From the NCBI GenBank assembly GCA_976551045.1, contig CDPCPM010000022.1, positions 4,464,001 through 4,528,000 on the forward strand: 64,000 nt of DNA. Reading direction: 5' to 3'. Of this stretch, positions 39,283 to 53,160 are shown one piece after another (the first letter of the stretch is position 1; every line of letters begins with the position of its first letter). A program made the translations under genes and the position numbers. The DNA comes from Glaucostegus cemiculus. Lineage: Eukaryota. The notes beneath the pieces are model-generated. The model saw nothing but the letters and a program-made list of their open reading frames with translations. It did not search any database and had not been told where the DNA came from.

Positions 39283-39532
39283 TATAGACATAGTCCAGTA
39301 CAGCATAGAATAGGCCCATTGGCCCACAACGTTGTGCCGGCACAGCTGATCCCTTCTACCTGCAGAAATCCCATATCCCTCTCATTCATTGTACCCATCC
39401 AAGCCCCTCTTAAAAGCCCCCAAAGAATTTGCCTTCATCACCCTATCAGGCAATGTATTCCAGGCATCCACCAATCTCTGAGTGAAAAACATGCCCCTCA
39501 TGTCTGTTCTGATCCTACTCCCTCTCACCTTA
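39283..39532 (-). mobile_element. CR1 3' end fragment
   Basis: agtacagcatagaataggcccattggcccac...attccaggcatccacca. Confidence 0.75.
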
Positions 39533-40511
39533 AAATCTTTGCAGCTAAATCTCACTGTGTGTCAGAATTAGCAGCAGCAGCCTGGAATGATTCTCAGGTT
39601 AGAAAGCTGTGACCATGACTCTGACCTCAGCTGACAAAGCAGTTCAGGCACACGTATAAGCTTGCATATAAGGTTGCAGGGAATCCCAGTGGGGACAAAA
39701 GATACAGTTTGAATGTTGGCTCTTTAAATGGTATGGTTTCTGGAGAATCAGACTGAGAGAAAGTAAATGCCATTTGAGTAAATATCGTTTTTGGATTAGC
39801 AAGAATGAAAATCTTACTGCAAGCAAACTTTGCATCTCACAACACTTGGGAAGTTTTATGCTAAATGAAGACACCAAGGCAAATAAAAATCCAGCTAAAA
39901 AATGAGGAGACAAGTTTCCCAAGTGGTACAAAGGTGTGCCAAAGTGTGCTTAAAGTTCTGCTCTCAGACAAGCTGATTAACCACAGCACAACACCATTAT
40001 TTTTCTAGTTATTCCTCACTCAGACTTGAAGCTTATGAAACTGAGATGCATCAGCAGCCAAAATAATTTATTCAGATCGACCACAAAGCAATACCATAAT
40101 TTGGAAAGCTTGTCTGTTTTAGACATTTTGAAGTCACGTTATTTAGAGGAAGTGTAAACTGATGGTTTCTAAATTTCTCTCATTGTCTTGAAGTCATTTT
40201 TTAACAAATGTCTTTACAATACTGAGCCAGTCTAGGAAGAAAAGGTTGAACGTTACCCAAGGATCCTTGCACCAACCGTCTTTAAGAGCTAAATGAGAAA
40301 CATTTATTGCCATTTTTTGGAGTAGAACTAATGCTGCTCCTGCTCAAGGAATATAGAAGCCAATATCTGACCACCTTTACTCTCCTTCCCTGGGATCTAA
40401 CATTTCTCTAACTTAACTGGAGTACCCCATTTTCACAGAGGGGACACCACCCCAACCCCCAAGAGCTGGTTAGCAGTCCTTTGTAAATAACTGTCTGTGT
40501 TCCAATCATTT

Positions 40512-40845
40512 TCATAGAGTCATACAGCACAAAAGCAGGTCCTTTGGCCCCACCAGGATCTGCACTGGACATCAAGCACCTATTTACACCAATTCTACAC
40601 TAATCCTACTTTATTCTCCCCACATACCCATGAACTCCCCACCAGATATTACCACAAACCTACACACAAGGGTCAACTTACAGTAGCCAGTAAACCTACC
40701 AATCTGCACATCTTTGGGATATGGGAGAAAAACGGGAGCACGTGGAGGAAATCCATATGGTAGAGGGAGAACTGCAAACTCTACAAAGTCTAGAGGTCAG
40801 GATTGAACTGTGGGTCAGCAGCTCTACTAGCTGCATCACTATATT
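40512..40845 (-). mobile_element. V-core SINE with CR1-like tail
   Basis: catagagtcatacagcac CR1 tail plus degenerate V-core (ctttgggatatgggagaaaa..ggagcac..ggaggaaatcca). Confidence 0.75.
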
Positions 40846-41539
40846 GTCCCTTCTATAGGATAGAATTTTCATCAGATGAGTAATGGGCTCTCTCCATCAG
40901 CTACCCTCCTGATAAGGGTTGTTACAAATTATTAGTTTCCTTCTTGTTGAAAAGTCAGAATCTTCTTGCAAAGGTATTGGGAAACCTATTTTTATTTGTC
41001 ACTGAGAATAATTCTTTCTGGAAATAGTGCATACCACTACACAGTGGAGGAGAAAAACCAGGGAGTAGCCAGGAAATAGAATTGACACAAATACAGAGCA
41101 CAAAATCAAATAACACCCATAGAGTAGTCATTACAGATCAGGACACCCACAAGCAGAGCTGCCAACTGTCCCTTATAATACAGGATTTCCTGTATCTGGA
41201 AGGAAGGTCACCTGACCCATAGACATTGAAATAGGAATGCTGGCTTTCCTGTAACTCTTTCAGAGGCTGGGGGAGGGGTTGGGCCAGAAATTCCCAGGGT
41301 AGTTATAGCTCTTTAAAAGGGGTAACCCATAGCATCATCACCTGATGATCCAGAGGAATACTGTAGAGACTGCACCTAAAAGGAACCTGATACCTAATGC
41401 CTTTCCTAGGCTCCCACCATTGCCAGCCGAGGTCCTTGAGCCATTAGCTGCCATGCTTGGGCTCACAGGGGTAGAAATCAATACTTCATTTTGCTTTGGG
41501 AGGCTGTGGTTTATGGGGTGCTGAAGAGAGCAATTCTAT

Positions 41540-43170
41540 GTTCCCAGCTGTTGACAATCTATCTCAATGATTTGTTTGAGGGGTCTAGCATAAGATATCC
41601 AATTTTGTTGAGGACATAATGACAGCGTAAATTGTGTGGAGCAAACAGTTTGGTATCAGGAGCATATGGACGGCCTCTGAGAATGGATGAGGTTATGGCT
41701 GCTGGAATATGATGTAAATTGGTGAATTGATTTATTGGTGTCACATATACCAACCAGCTCTTTTGGTTTGCTGACACTGACGGAAAGGTTGTTGTTCTGA
41801 CACCATATCATTTAGCTCTCTATCTCCTTCCTGTATTCCAACTCATCGTTATTTGAGATTCACCCCACTCTGGTGGCGTCACCTGCAAACTTGTAGATGG
41901 AGTTAAAGCAGAATCTACCCACGAGTCCTGAGTATAGAAAGAGTAGGGTAGGGGGTTGAGGGCGTAGCCTTGAGGGGCACCAGTGTTGAGGATAGCCGTG
42001 GCAGAGGTGTTGCCTTCTGTCCTGCTGAGATCCTCCAACATCATTGTGTTTTTCAGCTAGATTCCAGCATCTGCAGACCTTTGTTTCTCTAGTATTGTTG
42101 CCTATCCTTGATTGATTGCATTCTGTTGGTCAGGAAGTCAAGGATCTAGTTGTAAAGGGAGGCGTTGAGTCTCAGGTCCAGGAGTTTGCTAAGAATTATA
42201 GTATTGAAGGCGGAGCTGTAGTCAATAAAAAATAGACAAATATAGTTGTCTTTACTGTCCAGGTGCTCCAGAGATGAGTGTAGAGCCAAGGAAATCACTT
42301 CCATTGCGGACCCCTTTCAATGGTAGGTGAACTGGAGTGGGTCGAGGTTGTCTGGGAGGCTGGAGTTGATGTGTGCTATCATCAGCCTCCCGAAGCACTT
42401 CATGATGGTGGATGTCAGAGCCACCGGGCGGTAGTCATTAAGGCCCTTACCTTATTTTTCTTGGGTACTGGATGATAGTGGTCTTCTTAAAGATATGAAG
42501 TGGAGAAAATAGAAAATTAACGTATTTTTTAAATGGTGAAAGACTGAGAAGTGCTGAGGTTCAGAAGGACCTAGGTATCCTTGTAAACAAATCGTGGAAG
42601 GACAATGTGCAGATGGAGCAAGCAATTAGGAAGTCAATCAGCATGTTGGCTTGTGTAGCAAGAGGGTAATAAAAATTACATAGGGCCTTGATGAGATCTC
42701 ACCTGAAATATTATGCACTGGTCTTCCAACCTAAGGAAGGATTTACTTGGGATGGAGGGAGAGCAACAAGGGTTCACCAGATTTTGTCCTATGACGAGAG
42801 ACTAAGTAGACTGGGTCCACACTCCTGAGTTTCAATGAATGAGAGGTAATCTCATTGAAATCTGCAGGAATGTGATTTCAATTGATCACAGTGTTTAGAA
42901 CTAGAGGTCATAACCTCAAAATAAGAGGACTGTCATTCAGGAAATAAATAAGAAGACACTTCTTGAACTATGTGGAGAAACTTGCAATTCTCAAAGCAAG
43001 AAGATTGTGGAGGATCAGTCACTGAGTATATTCAAGGCAGGTGCATATATTTTTGGATAGTAGAGGAATTGAGGGATATTGAGGATTAATACAGGAAATT
43101 GCTGCTGAGGTAAAAGATCAGCTATGATCTCATTGAAAAATGGAGCAGGCTAGAGGAACAAAATGTCTAA
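41540..43170. mobile_element. Nested TEs: CR1(+) interrupted by Rex1(-, ~41730-42490), itself interrupted by a Penelope fragment (~42016-42095)
   Basis: Minus-strand LNTGAPQG..LNPL RT motif; tgttgcct duplicated at 42008-15/42096-103; CR1 resumes ~42500. Confidence 0.75.
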
Positions 43171-44552
43171 CTTCATCCCTACCCACAACAAGCCTTGCCT
43201 GCACAAAGCCCCATCCACAACTTGTCCCTTTTTACTGGAGTACAAGCAGTCCAACTACAAAACCTTTTGCTTCACTAGAGTTTGGTTTGGGGTTATTACA
43301 TTTTGTTTGGCAATGATAATAAATGTAATAAAATGGTGTCAAATCCACAAGCATACAATTGCTATAATTGTACATGTGCAGCAGGTAATTGCCATAGATA
43401 ATTTGCAGTCAATGATGCAGCCCCTAAATTTGTGCTTGGCACTTACCCATAGGAAAAGATTGCATTTATATCTTCTCTATTTCCCATTAAGAACTTGCTG
43501 GAAAGTGCTGTCTACATTCTCAAAGGTGAAGAATTACTGACAATTGTTCAGTACAGCTTAGTGCAGGTTACTGAAGCACATTCCCTCCACAATGGTGATG
43601 GTAGGAATTGACACAACATCATGCTCCACTACAAGGAAGCTGGTGTTGGAGCTAGTTGGGAAATTGCTGGCAATCAGGTCCTACTTGGTGCAGAGATGCC
43701 AAACTTGTTGCTCTATATGGAACTCTCCCCAAAGTCTGGCCTCATATAAAAATTTGTGATTCCATTATTTCAGTAACATGTTAGGGGATCAGTTATTGCC
43801 AAGGTGTCCTTGTGCAAACCCAGTAATGTGGGTACTGAGCAAGTTCTTCACATAAAATTAATGAACAGTCATTGACAAATAGTTAATCCATGCCACCCAG
43901 CTAAATCAGCTATCAAAAACTTTCAAAGTACTCTAAACCTTTTTTAACATTTTGTTGTTCGGAGACATTTAAAAACATTCCAAATCTATTAATAATTTAA
44001 CTAAAATTGAAAAAATACTAGAGCAGTTAAAACATTACTTTAAACATTTTAAAAAATATAGACATATTAACACTTTAATTGTTCCTATCTGTCCTACAAT
44101 GAAATTAACAGTCAGTTCAGGACATTGTCAGAAACCAACTGTCAACAACTTCAGGACTTCCAGGTTTACACCTGCATGTGCAGAACTCGCCAACTTGCTG
44201 GCACATACTGCTGATAGTCACCGGCAAAACTGAGCCTGTTTAAATAATTTATTATCAGCAGAACCGTACATAAATATCAGTGCAGTGAGTGTCCCTTTAC
44301 AAGGTCAGATCAGGCCTGCTGATTGGCTTAGGATCTGTCCAATTGCATGGGTTGCAGAGACTTCACAGCATCCCTTCCAATACAGATTGGTGCACCAAAC
44401 TAAGGAGGAATTTCTATTAACAAGACACTATTACTGACTTATGCTGCTTTCTTCATAAAAGCTACAGGCATAGCCAACTGTTAGTTGTAAATAAAATTGA
44501 TATCTCCATGAATTATTCACTGGAACAGGCCCCAAACACAGATTGTTAGCCC

Positions 44553-44708
44553 CAGAATCAGAATCAGAATCAGTTTTATTGTCACAACCATATACATACA
44601 TAGTATGCATAGGGAGCGAGATACCGTCCTCCTCAGGTGCTCATCCCATTAAATAACAAACAGCAGAGACACACACACACACTGAACAAAAAAAAACATT
44701 AAAAAACA
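44553..44708 (-). mobile_element. Rex1-type 3' tail fragment (same subfamily as 34801)
   Basis: (CAGAAT)3 plus ttttattgtcacaaccatatacatacatagtatgcatagg.. Confidence 0.9.
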
Positions 44709-45339
44709 CTAACAAAGCCACTAACAAATGAAGAATTGCTGAGTCATTTTCAGGTTGTTTTCTTTCTGGATGTGATCACCAGCAGACCTTTGCATAGCTA
44801 TATTATAATCAAGGTTAAAGGATTCTTCCTATAGTACACAAAATGAGATGGACCTCTACACCAATTGTTCTCATCAAACTCCACTGGGCATCAACCCTGT
44901 ATTCAAAGCTGGGCTCTCTGAGGATTGACTACCTGGTATGATGCCTGAAATTAACCCTTTTGAATACAAGGCAGAAATATTACCACTGAGCCTGTAGAAC
45001 CTCTCTATTTGTAATAGTAAACATAGACTTTTAATTATTTACTAGTAGCTTCTAATGGGCATGTAGGTATACCGCCGCAATGCTGTTGATGCTTGTGGAT
45101 GAAGTACGAGCATCCTTTAGGATGTAATCCAGGAAATTTTGACAACAAAATTAAATATTCACTGGTTGGGGTTGAGCAGAAGTGGTCAGTGCAGAAAATC
45201 CAGCTGTGGTTCCAGGCTGGAGTTTATTGAATTTGAATTTGAAGTATTGAATAGTGAACTTGCAGCTCCCTCTGCTGGCAGGCAGTGAACTCACCAGAGT
45301 TTCAAATTGAATTCAAATCCTCCACTTGATCTTCACAAT

Positions 45340-45455
45340 GCCTGAAACATGGACAGTTTATTTCTTTCCATCGATGCTGCCTGACCTGCTGAGTTCCTCC
45401 AGCATTTTGTGTGTGTTGCTCCAGATTCCAGCACCAGCAGAATCTCTTGTGTCCC
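45340..45455 (+). mobile_element. Penelope-like terminal repeat fragment
   Basis: gatgctgcctgacctgctgagttcctccagcattttgtgtg. Confidence 0.75.
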
Positions 45456-46014
45456 CATTTGATCTTGCTTTTTTCCCCATCTGGTCCCCAACTCTTCAAA
45501 TATCTTCACCACACCAAATGTAGTCCCTTGATCATCTTTAAATTTTATTATTCCACTGCTTGTGACCTGAACTTCAGTTCTCAGAGCCCTGTGCTCTGGA
45601 ATTCCAGCCTCCACTGCCTCTCTCCATCTCTGGTCTAAGATTCTCCTTAAAATCTCTTTGACCAAGCTTTTGGTATCTGTCCTAATATCTCCATATATTC
45701 TTGGTGGCAAATTTTGTTTGATAAAGCTCTTATGCAATTAAAAATGCACATTCTTATTAAAGATGCTATTGTAAAATATTTTGTAATCAAGATTAGATTT
45801 TATTCTTAGCAAAACAATTAATAACTTGACTGTTGGCCATTTCAGTTTCTGTAGCTAATTCTGATTAATGTCTTATAGAATTCATGGAGCTTAGAAAAAT
45901 AGAGTGTTATGGGTAAGCCTTGTAATTTCTAAGGTAGGGACATATTCCGCACAGCTTTGTGGGCCAAAGGGCCTGTATGTGCTGTAGGTTTTCTGTTTCT
46001 ATGCTATACAAATA

Positions 46015-46422
46015 CCATACATCTGCTCTGAGTAAGACGCTGCAGAGGGTTGTAGACTCAGCTAGCTCCATCATAGCCACAACCCTCTCCACCACTGAGG
46101 ACATTTTCAAGAGACGGTGCCTCAAGAAGGTGGCATCCATCACTAAGGACCCTCACCACCCAGGACATGCCTCTTCTTGTTACTACCATCAGGGAGGAGG
46201 TACAGGAGCCTGATTCAATTCAACGATACAGAAAGAACTTCTTCCTCTCCACCACTGGATTTCTGAACGGTCTATGAGCACTACCTCGTTATTCCTTTTT
46301 TTGGCACTATTTATTTATTTTGTAATTTACAATAATTTTATGTCTTTGCACAGTAATGCTGCTGAAAAACAATATGTTTCACGATGTATAAGATGGTGAT
46401 AATAAATCTGATTCTGATTCTG
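46015..46422 (+). mobile_element. Rex1-type LINE 3' fragment (second family)
   Basis: LQRVVDSASSII..RCLKKVASITKDPHHPGH; (ATTCTG)n tail. Confidence 0.85.
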
Positions 46423-46599
46423 AAACCTAGTCCCTGATTTTGATGCAGCTTCTCTGAGAAATGTTTCCAAATCTGTGCTAAAGCCATTGAGAACTCGCTA
46501 TTAGCTCCTGTGGTACAGTATGATTGGGCAATTAGATACTTTCAAAATGAACTTGTACATTGAGTAATTTAACTTCTTTATCCATCCTTTCTTATTCAG

Positions 46600-46740
46600 G
46601 ATGAATATAAAACTTGGACTAAGAAAAAAATAAGGCAGATAGACTTGTCCTCACTTGCTAAACCAAATGAAACACAACATCAAGTCCTTTCTGACACAAC
46701 ATCATTATTGCATAGAATTATCATGAATCCTGAATTAAAA
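46600..46740 (+). CDS. ATP13A4/5-like exon 3
   Basis: 141 nt AG/GT, DEYKTWTKKKI...RIIMNPELK. Confidence 0.9.
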
Positions 46741-46922
46741 GTAAGAGCTGATTTCTTTCAGTATTTCTTTTGTTTGAATAATTCATTTATTTGATTTAAA
46801 TATATCTGGAATAAATTATTGTAAAAAGAAATGTATTAAGAATATTTGTAGTGTTTTTTATTTATGTAAATGTTACATTTCTTTTTCCAAAATACCTTTA
46901 TTCTCTTGACTGATCTTTATAG

Positions 46923-46993
46923 GTACGGTATTTTGAAATTCAAAAGATAAGGTACATCTGGGATTTTAAGGAAAAGCAATTTGTTAGACCTGG
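46923..46993 (+). CDS. ATP13A4/5-like exon 4
   Basis: 71 nt AG/GT, VRYFEIQKIRYIWDFKEKQFVRP. Confidence 0.92.
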
Positions 46994-47081
46994 GTAAGTC
47001 TTCACAAGTCTATTTGGCTTTCCAAAAACTGATTAATTTGAAGATTTTCAGATGTATTCTTTAATTTATTATTTTATTCAG

Positions 47082-47162
47082 ATGCCTGGAAGAGAGTCAT
47101 TCTTGTGCTGATATTCATCATAAGTTTGGCCCTGGATTAAGTATCACAGAAGTAATTACCAG
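47082..47162 (+). CDS. ATP13A4/5-like exon 5
   Basis: 81 nt phase 2/2, CLEESHSCADIHHKFGPGLSITEVIT. Confidence 0.92.
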
Positions 47163-49383
47163 GTAGTCATTAAAATTATTATTTGTCATGGTAGTACATT
47201 TTGCTGGCTTGCGGGTGCGAATATTTGCAAAAGAAGAAAGATCTGTTCGATTTTATGACTAGGCAGCTCTGCTTGTTTGCAATTTCATATTTAAAGGTTG
47301 TAAATATTGTCTGATATATATCCATAAATGTAAGCAAAACCTTTTCTTCTTGGTATATTTCCAAAAGTTATTCTTTTAAATGAATTGCTGCTTCAAGTAA
47401 TTTAAACATCTTGTTCACTATGAAATTATGTTTTTAGTAATGTTTGTTGCAAACACAAATAATTATAAAGCTGTAAAATGTTCTCTCATTTGCAATATTT
47501 TCAGAACAAATTGTGGAATTCCAAATTGTTTAAGGGTGAAATTTCCATCCCAAAGGAACAGAATCTGAATATTTGGTGTGAAAATCAGGGTGAACTTCCA
47601 ATAAGCACCCATTTCCTTCCCATTCATGAAAATGCTTTTTGTTTGGTCAGGCATATTAGAATGTCTGGAATTTAAAAATCCAAAACAATTATGTCATATG
47701 AGCAATTCCGGCCACTTGCACTTGAGCAATGGTGCTTGCTACGGATTCCCTAATATTCAATGGTGTTAAGAGAGTTGGGTAATTGAATTTTTTGGAAGGC
47801 TGCAATTGCTTGCTTCAAGTTATTGTAGAATGATGGTTTGTAGGAGGCAGACCATCACTTTTATTGGAATATTCTCAAGTTTAGCATTTTTGATCTCACT
47901 ATTGGATCTCTAATAGCAGGAAGGTACCTCTGTTAGTTTCTCCTCTTCCATTCTGATGTTGCCCTTCCCCCACTCCACCCAGCAAACAATATGCCACAAA
48001 GAGCCAATGACTGTGTAGGATTCCTGTGCCATCACATTTGTGGCACTAAACTAGAACTGGAGGAAATTTGAGTAACTTAACATTTATTTTTACCCTCAAG
48101 CATGTAAAGATTGGTGACTTATGGGGTTATATCATGGTTCCCATGGGAACCCTATTGGAATCAGACTGTTGAACAAAGACATGTCCATAAATGTACTGTA
48201 TGAATGCATTTTCTTTTTTCTCAAGCTGGTCCTTGGCGTGCACAGGGTAACCAATATCTTGAAGAAAAATGTCAATAAACTGTTGGTCTCATTCCAGCAG
48301 GGGTGCATAGAACAGAATTACACCAGTTAGTCCCTCCACAATCAGTGAAATCATGGTTAGTCGGTGTCCAAACACCATGTGCTTCTATTTCAACCTATAT
48401 TCCTTTTGGCTAAAAGTTGCATCAATTTTAGATTTGTAGTTAACAATAAACCTGGTATAAATTACCATTTGCAGAAATCAATTCTGAAGTTGCCTGTCTT
48501 TGTGTTGTTTCCCAATCAGTCCTAAAAGGCTTTGTTCTAATGGTTTGACTGTGATCCCTCACCCAAGAATCACCATGCAGCAGAAACAGTTTCTTTCTCC
48601 TTCATTATTCCCACTCAATATCCTGAAGATCCTATGAGTAGACTGTGAGGAAGTATCTGCGATTGAGTAGTAAGTGAAGCTGAAGGGAGAATCCAGCATG
48701 CTTGATGCTAACTTTGGGGGAAAATTAGGATAAATATTATTTGTTCCCAGCTGTTGACATCTCTTATCATGCTGAAAACCTCATGATAAATGTATTGGCT
48801 AGATGTGGTGGGCCTAAAAATCTAGGTTGTAGTTTGTATCCCCTATTATGTTGACTAGTGAGGGCTTATGTCTGTCAATGATCTAGCGCAATGTGATCCT
48901 TCAATGTGGACTGGGTAGGAAATGTGCTGTGGTTACAATTATCCTTTGTCTGTATTTTGAAATACAACTCAATAGCCACTGCCTCCCGGCAAACTGCCAT
49001 TTCCTTCAACCTACCACACATGAAGAAGCTATTTCTCACCCAGATTTCTGCTGGATAGAGTAAATAAGCAGACAAATATCAGAACCTGAACCTGCAAACA
49101 ATTATAAGGACTCAAGTTGGATTGGCATTGCACGCCAAATCCTACCATCATAAATATAGGTTTTCTGGGACAATTTTTGTTGTTAGCTTCAAAGAAATCT
49201 GCCCACAAAAATCAAATGCAGGTTTTACATTTTCTGATGAGACTTGCATTAGATGCTATCTCCAAGGGTAGTTTGTAGATCTAATATTGTGTGAATCTAT
49301 AAAATTATTATTATTGTATAGGTAAATGGCAATGTAATAGAGATCAGAATATTTTGTAATAACTCTACAATATCTAAATGCAG

Positions 49384-49453
49384 GAGATTAATATTTGGAC
49401 CTAATATAATTGACATACAGATTTCTCCAATCTGGAAGCTGCTTTGTAAAGAG
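49384..49453 (+). CDS. ATP13A4/5-like exon 6
   Basis: 70 nt, RLIFGPNIIDIQISPIWKLLCKE. Confidence 0.93.
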
Positions 49454-49556
49454 GTAAATCTTGTTTTATGGTTTTTATATATGTGTTATTGCTTGCATTT
49501 CAAATGGATGAAGTTAACTTTTGAATAACCCTCCCCTTTTCCTTTTTTTTTACTAG

Positions 49557-49691
49557 GTCTTGAATCCATTTTATACTTTTCAATTATTTAGTGTGTGTCT
49601 CTGGCTATCTGAGGACTACACAGAATATTCAATTGCGCTCATAATTATGTCTTTCATCTCTCTTGCTTTGTCAGTATATAATTTGCGGCAG
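49557..49691 (+). CDS. ATP13A4/5-like exon 7 (TM1-TM2)
   Basis: 135 nt, VLNPFYTFQLFSVCLWLSEDYTEYSIALIIMS... Confidence 0.95.
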
Positions 49692-49955
49692 GTGAGTATT
49701 AACTTCGAGCGCATCCTTAATGCTCTACATGATACTATATTCACCAATATTTTACAGCAATGTTGTAGCTGTCTTCTCTCTGATTACAGTTGTCTCTAAT
49801 ATTTAAATCTTTGATTTGAAAGTGGATAGGAATATTTCACTTTCTATTAAACCTTCATTCATCCCACCTTCTGAAATTTGACTCATGAATTATGTAAGGA
49901 ACAGATTTCATTAGAAGAGGTGGAGTAAATTCTTATGCTACTTTACTGTTTGCAG

Positions 49956-50028
49956 CAATCAATAAAATTGTACAGACTTGTGGAATCTCACAATAACATG
50001 ATGGTCACTGTCTGCAGAAAAGATAGAG
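49956..50028 (+). CDS. ATP13A4/5-like exon 8
   Basis: 73 nt, QSIKLYRLVESHNNMMVTVCRKDR. Confidence 0.93.
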
Positions 50029-50819
50029 GTGAGCAATTTTCAGTGCCGATATTTTGCTATTTGATAGCTGAGAACTGTGTCTGTGCACTTAATTCACCAC
50101 AGTGATTCATTCTAGTTAGCTTTTGTTTCACGACACATCACTCATCCCTTACAAACTTTCTCAATTCTTGTGCTTTTTTTATTGAACTTTTGATCCCTTG
50201 AACAAACCTAGCTTCTCTTGCTTAAGCCAGTGCAACCTCCCCATAATGATTGGCTCCAGACTGCAGTCCACACTTTTCAATTATGATTTTATTACAGGCT
50301 GCTTCACAATTCAATGTGAATTTATGGGCTGCAGTGTCCTGCAAAGTGAAGCCAATGGGTAGGTTAATATTGATAGAAGTTTTTTTCACTTTGAACCATT
50401 TCAGCTGTACAACAGGAAAGTTTTAAGACTTTGAACCTATGTACTGGAAGGGAAAGAAGGGACTGTGCTGTATCCCAGTCAACTCAGGAATTTACTTAAA
50501 ATGACCATTGGCAGTGTAGTGTCATGAATGGAGAAGACATGGCATTTTATTTGGTTACCTCTTTATTAATGTTGCAAATGTACTTGAATTTAGTCCTAAG
50601 CTTGTAGCTCATAAATAGTTCCCACAGTTTCAGGAGCTTATTTTAAAATCCAACTTCAGGAGCTTATTTTAAAATCTAACCAAAATCTAACTTTTCCTTT
50701 TCATTACAATCCAGGTCTCATGACACCAAAACACTGATTTAATTTGTCTCTTTTCTCTCTCATTTTGGAAGTGAATAAGGTATCAAAAATAGTTTACATA
50801 ATGCTGCTTATGTTTGCAG

Positions 50820-50951
50820 GATATAAAGAAGTGCCTTCCAGTGAGCTGGTACCTGGTGATGTTTTTATAGTTACGGGTAATAAGCAACTATTGCCCTGCG
50901 ATTCCGTACTGATCCAGGGAGGTTGCATTGTTAATGAGAGCATGCTTACAG
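50820..50951 (+). CDS. ATP13A4/5-like exon 9 (A domain)
   Basis: 132 nt, ...SSELVPGDV...[19 protein letters not shown]. Confidence 0.95.
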
Positions 50952-51588
50952 GTGAGAATCAGTCTTTTTCACTCATGTGTGAAATATTATACTACTACTT
51001 CTCAGGAAAATGGAGAGACAAAGTAACATTGATTGGCATTATCTCAGCTCCACACCACCTTGAGAGCAGCTGTTAACAATTTCCCTGGTGGTCCCTGTCA
51101 GTTAAATTGAAGCAGTAATGTAACAAAGTGATTAGGTTGGCAATCCTCCTTCTGTGAATCAAACATTTTTCCTGAATCTCTAGAGAAATTTAAAAAAGGT
51201 GATCTTTGCGGTTGCGGTTAACCCAAAACAATGGCAGGGCTATTAACAGATGCGACAGGTTGATAGAATCTCTTGGCTTTCACTTGATTGCCAGAAGAAA
51301 TTTGCCTCAATGGAGATTTTGCTTTCTTTTTCTTATCTGAGAATTTGTGTTGTTTTTGTTGATGAGATGTGGGACATAAGCAACTTTGCAAGCAGTTGCT
51401 CCGCAGAAAGATAAATTGCCAATTCAATCTTATTACTATCTCAGTTTGATTCTTCTGGGCGTATATTTCTGCTATCAATTTGCTTAACTTTGAAACTGGG
51501 TAAAGACAAAGTTCTAGCTTATTCAGAGCAATTATTGTTGACTGATTGCAATTTGTTAACTAATCTAATCTTTTATTTTTCCACATAG

Positions 51589-51756
51589 GTGAAAGCATTC
51601 CTGTTACAAAGACACCGCTACCAAATATCGCTACTCCTGGTTGTTGGAATGGTTCTACTGAAGATCACAAGCGCCACATCCTTTTCTGTGGGACCCAAGT
51701 GATTCAATCTAAGCCAGCAGGACAAAGTGAAGTAAAAGCTGTTGTCTTTCGAACAG
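51589..51756 (+). CDS. ATP13A4/5-like exon 10 (TGES motif)
   Basis: 168 nt, (G)ESIPVTKTPLP...HILFCGTQVIQ...AVVFRT. Confidence 0.95.
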
Positions 51757-52579
51757 GTCTGTCTCCAATGGGATCAGAACATAAATTCTTGTAAATTGTT
51801 CCATATATGTTGTGGAACACAAACTTGCCCACCATCAGAAATTATGGCAGTATTTATCTATATCACCTGTTCATCAGTCATCACCTAGACAGAAGGCAGA
51901 TGGGAATGATGCAAGGAAAATCCACTCAGTTTTATTCCTTGTGTACAATCCTACCTGCCTGATTTTTCTTCCTGCTATCCTTGCAGATGATGCTGGATGA
52001 TAGACATGGAAATCTAGCACAAGACATCAATGTGTGTTTAAGATTAGATGCTAAAGTTATTGATGCTATGGCAATGTGTTATATTAAGGGTCTGGTTGCA
52101 CAACTTTCTAGTATGGATTCAGCTATATTATTAGAAAGAAAGGCAAGGGGCAAAATCATGGATTCTTCCTTTATGGAGTGAAGGAAATACAGTTGGAAAT
52201 CATTCTCATAGGTACATGAGAACAGGAGACACAAAAAATTCTGCAGATGCTGGAATCTGGAGCTGGACAATTAATTTTTCAAGCTTGTACTATCATTCAA
52301 AAACATCCAGATTAGTCTGTGATCTGAAATCCATAACCCTGGCTTTTCCCAATATCCCTTAATTTCTTTGGTTAACAAAAATCTTTCAATCTCAGATTTA
52401 AAGTGAACTATTAACCTTGCACTTTCACTGTGTGGAAGCATTTCCTAAGTCCACTTCTCATTTTTCAGCAGTGGTCCCAAGTCCTAGATTCCTCAAGCAG
52501 CAGAATTTCCTTTTCTCTAGTAATCCCCTTAATATATTGAGAAGATCAATGAAATCATCTCTTCTTGTCCAACTTTAAA

Positions 52580-53160
52580 GACGTACATAGAATGTCGAAC
52601 AGTACAGCACAGGAGCAGAATCTTCAGCCCACAATGTTTGCACCAAACACAATACCAAATTAAACAAAATCTCTCTGCCTGTACATAATCCATATACCTC
52701 CATTCCTTGCATATTCATGTGTCTATCTAAAAGCCACTTAAATGTCACTATTGTATCTGCTTCCACCAATAACCTTGGCAACCCATTCCAGGAACCTACC
52801 ACTTGCTGTGTAAAAACTTGCCCCGCATGTCTCCTTTAAACATTCCCCCTCTCACCTTGCATGTCCTCTAGTATTTGACATCTCTACCCTGGGAAAAAGA
52901 TTCTGACTGGCTACCCTATCGACCCCTCTCATAATTTTATAAACCTCTATCAAGTCTCCCCTCAGCTTCTGACTCACTAGAGAAAACCCAACTTTGTCCA
53001 ACCTCTCCTTATAGCTCATACCCTTTAATCCATGCAGTGCCCAAGTAAACCTCTTTTGTACCCTTTCCAAAGCCATTTCATCCTTCCTGTAAGGAGGTGA
53101 GCAGGATTTCACACAAGATTCCAAGTGTAGTCTAACCAAAGTTTTAAATACAAACTCAAT
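52580..53160 (-). mobile_element. CR1 LINE 3' fragment
   Basis: LVRLHLESCV..LERVQKRFT..LRGDLIEVYKIMRG. Confidence 0.9.

Noticed and set aside
41336-41350. CTGATGA (hammerhead or C/D-box-like)
   Set aside because: No stem II plus GAAA, and no partner box with a terminal stem.
48136-48151. Perfect 16-bp palindrome ggttcccatgggaacc
   Set aside because: About one such palindrome is expected by chance in 64 kb; no supporting context.
50629-50680. 26-bp tandem duplication
   Set aside because: Ordinary slippage duplication in an intron.
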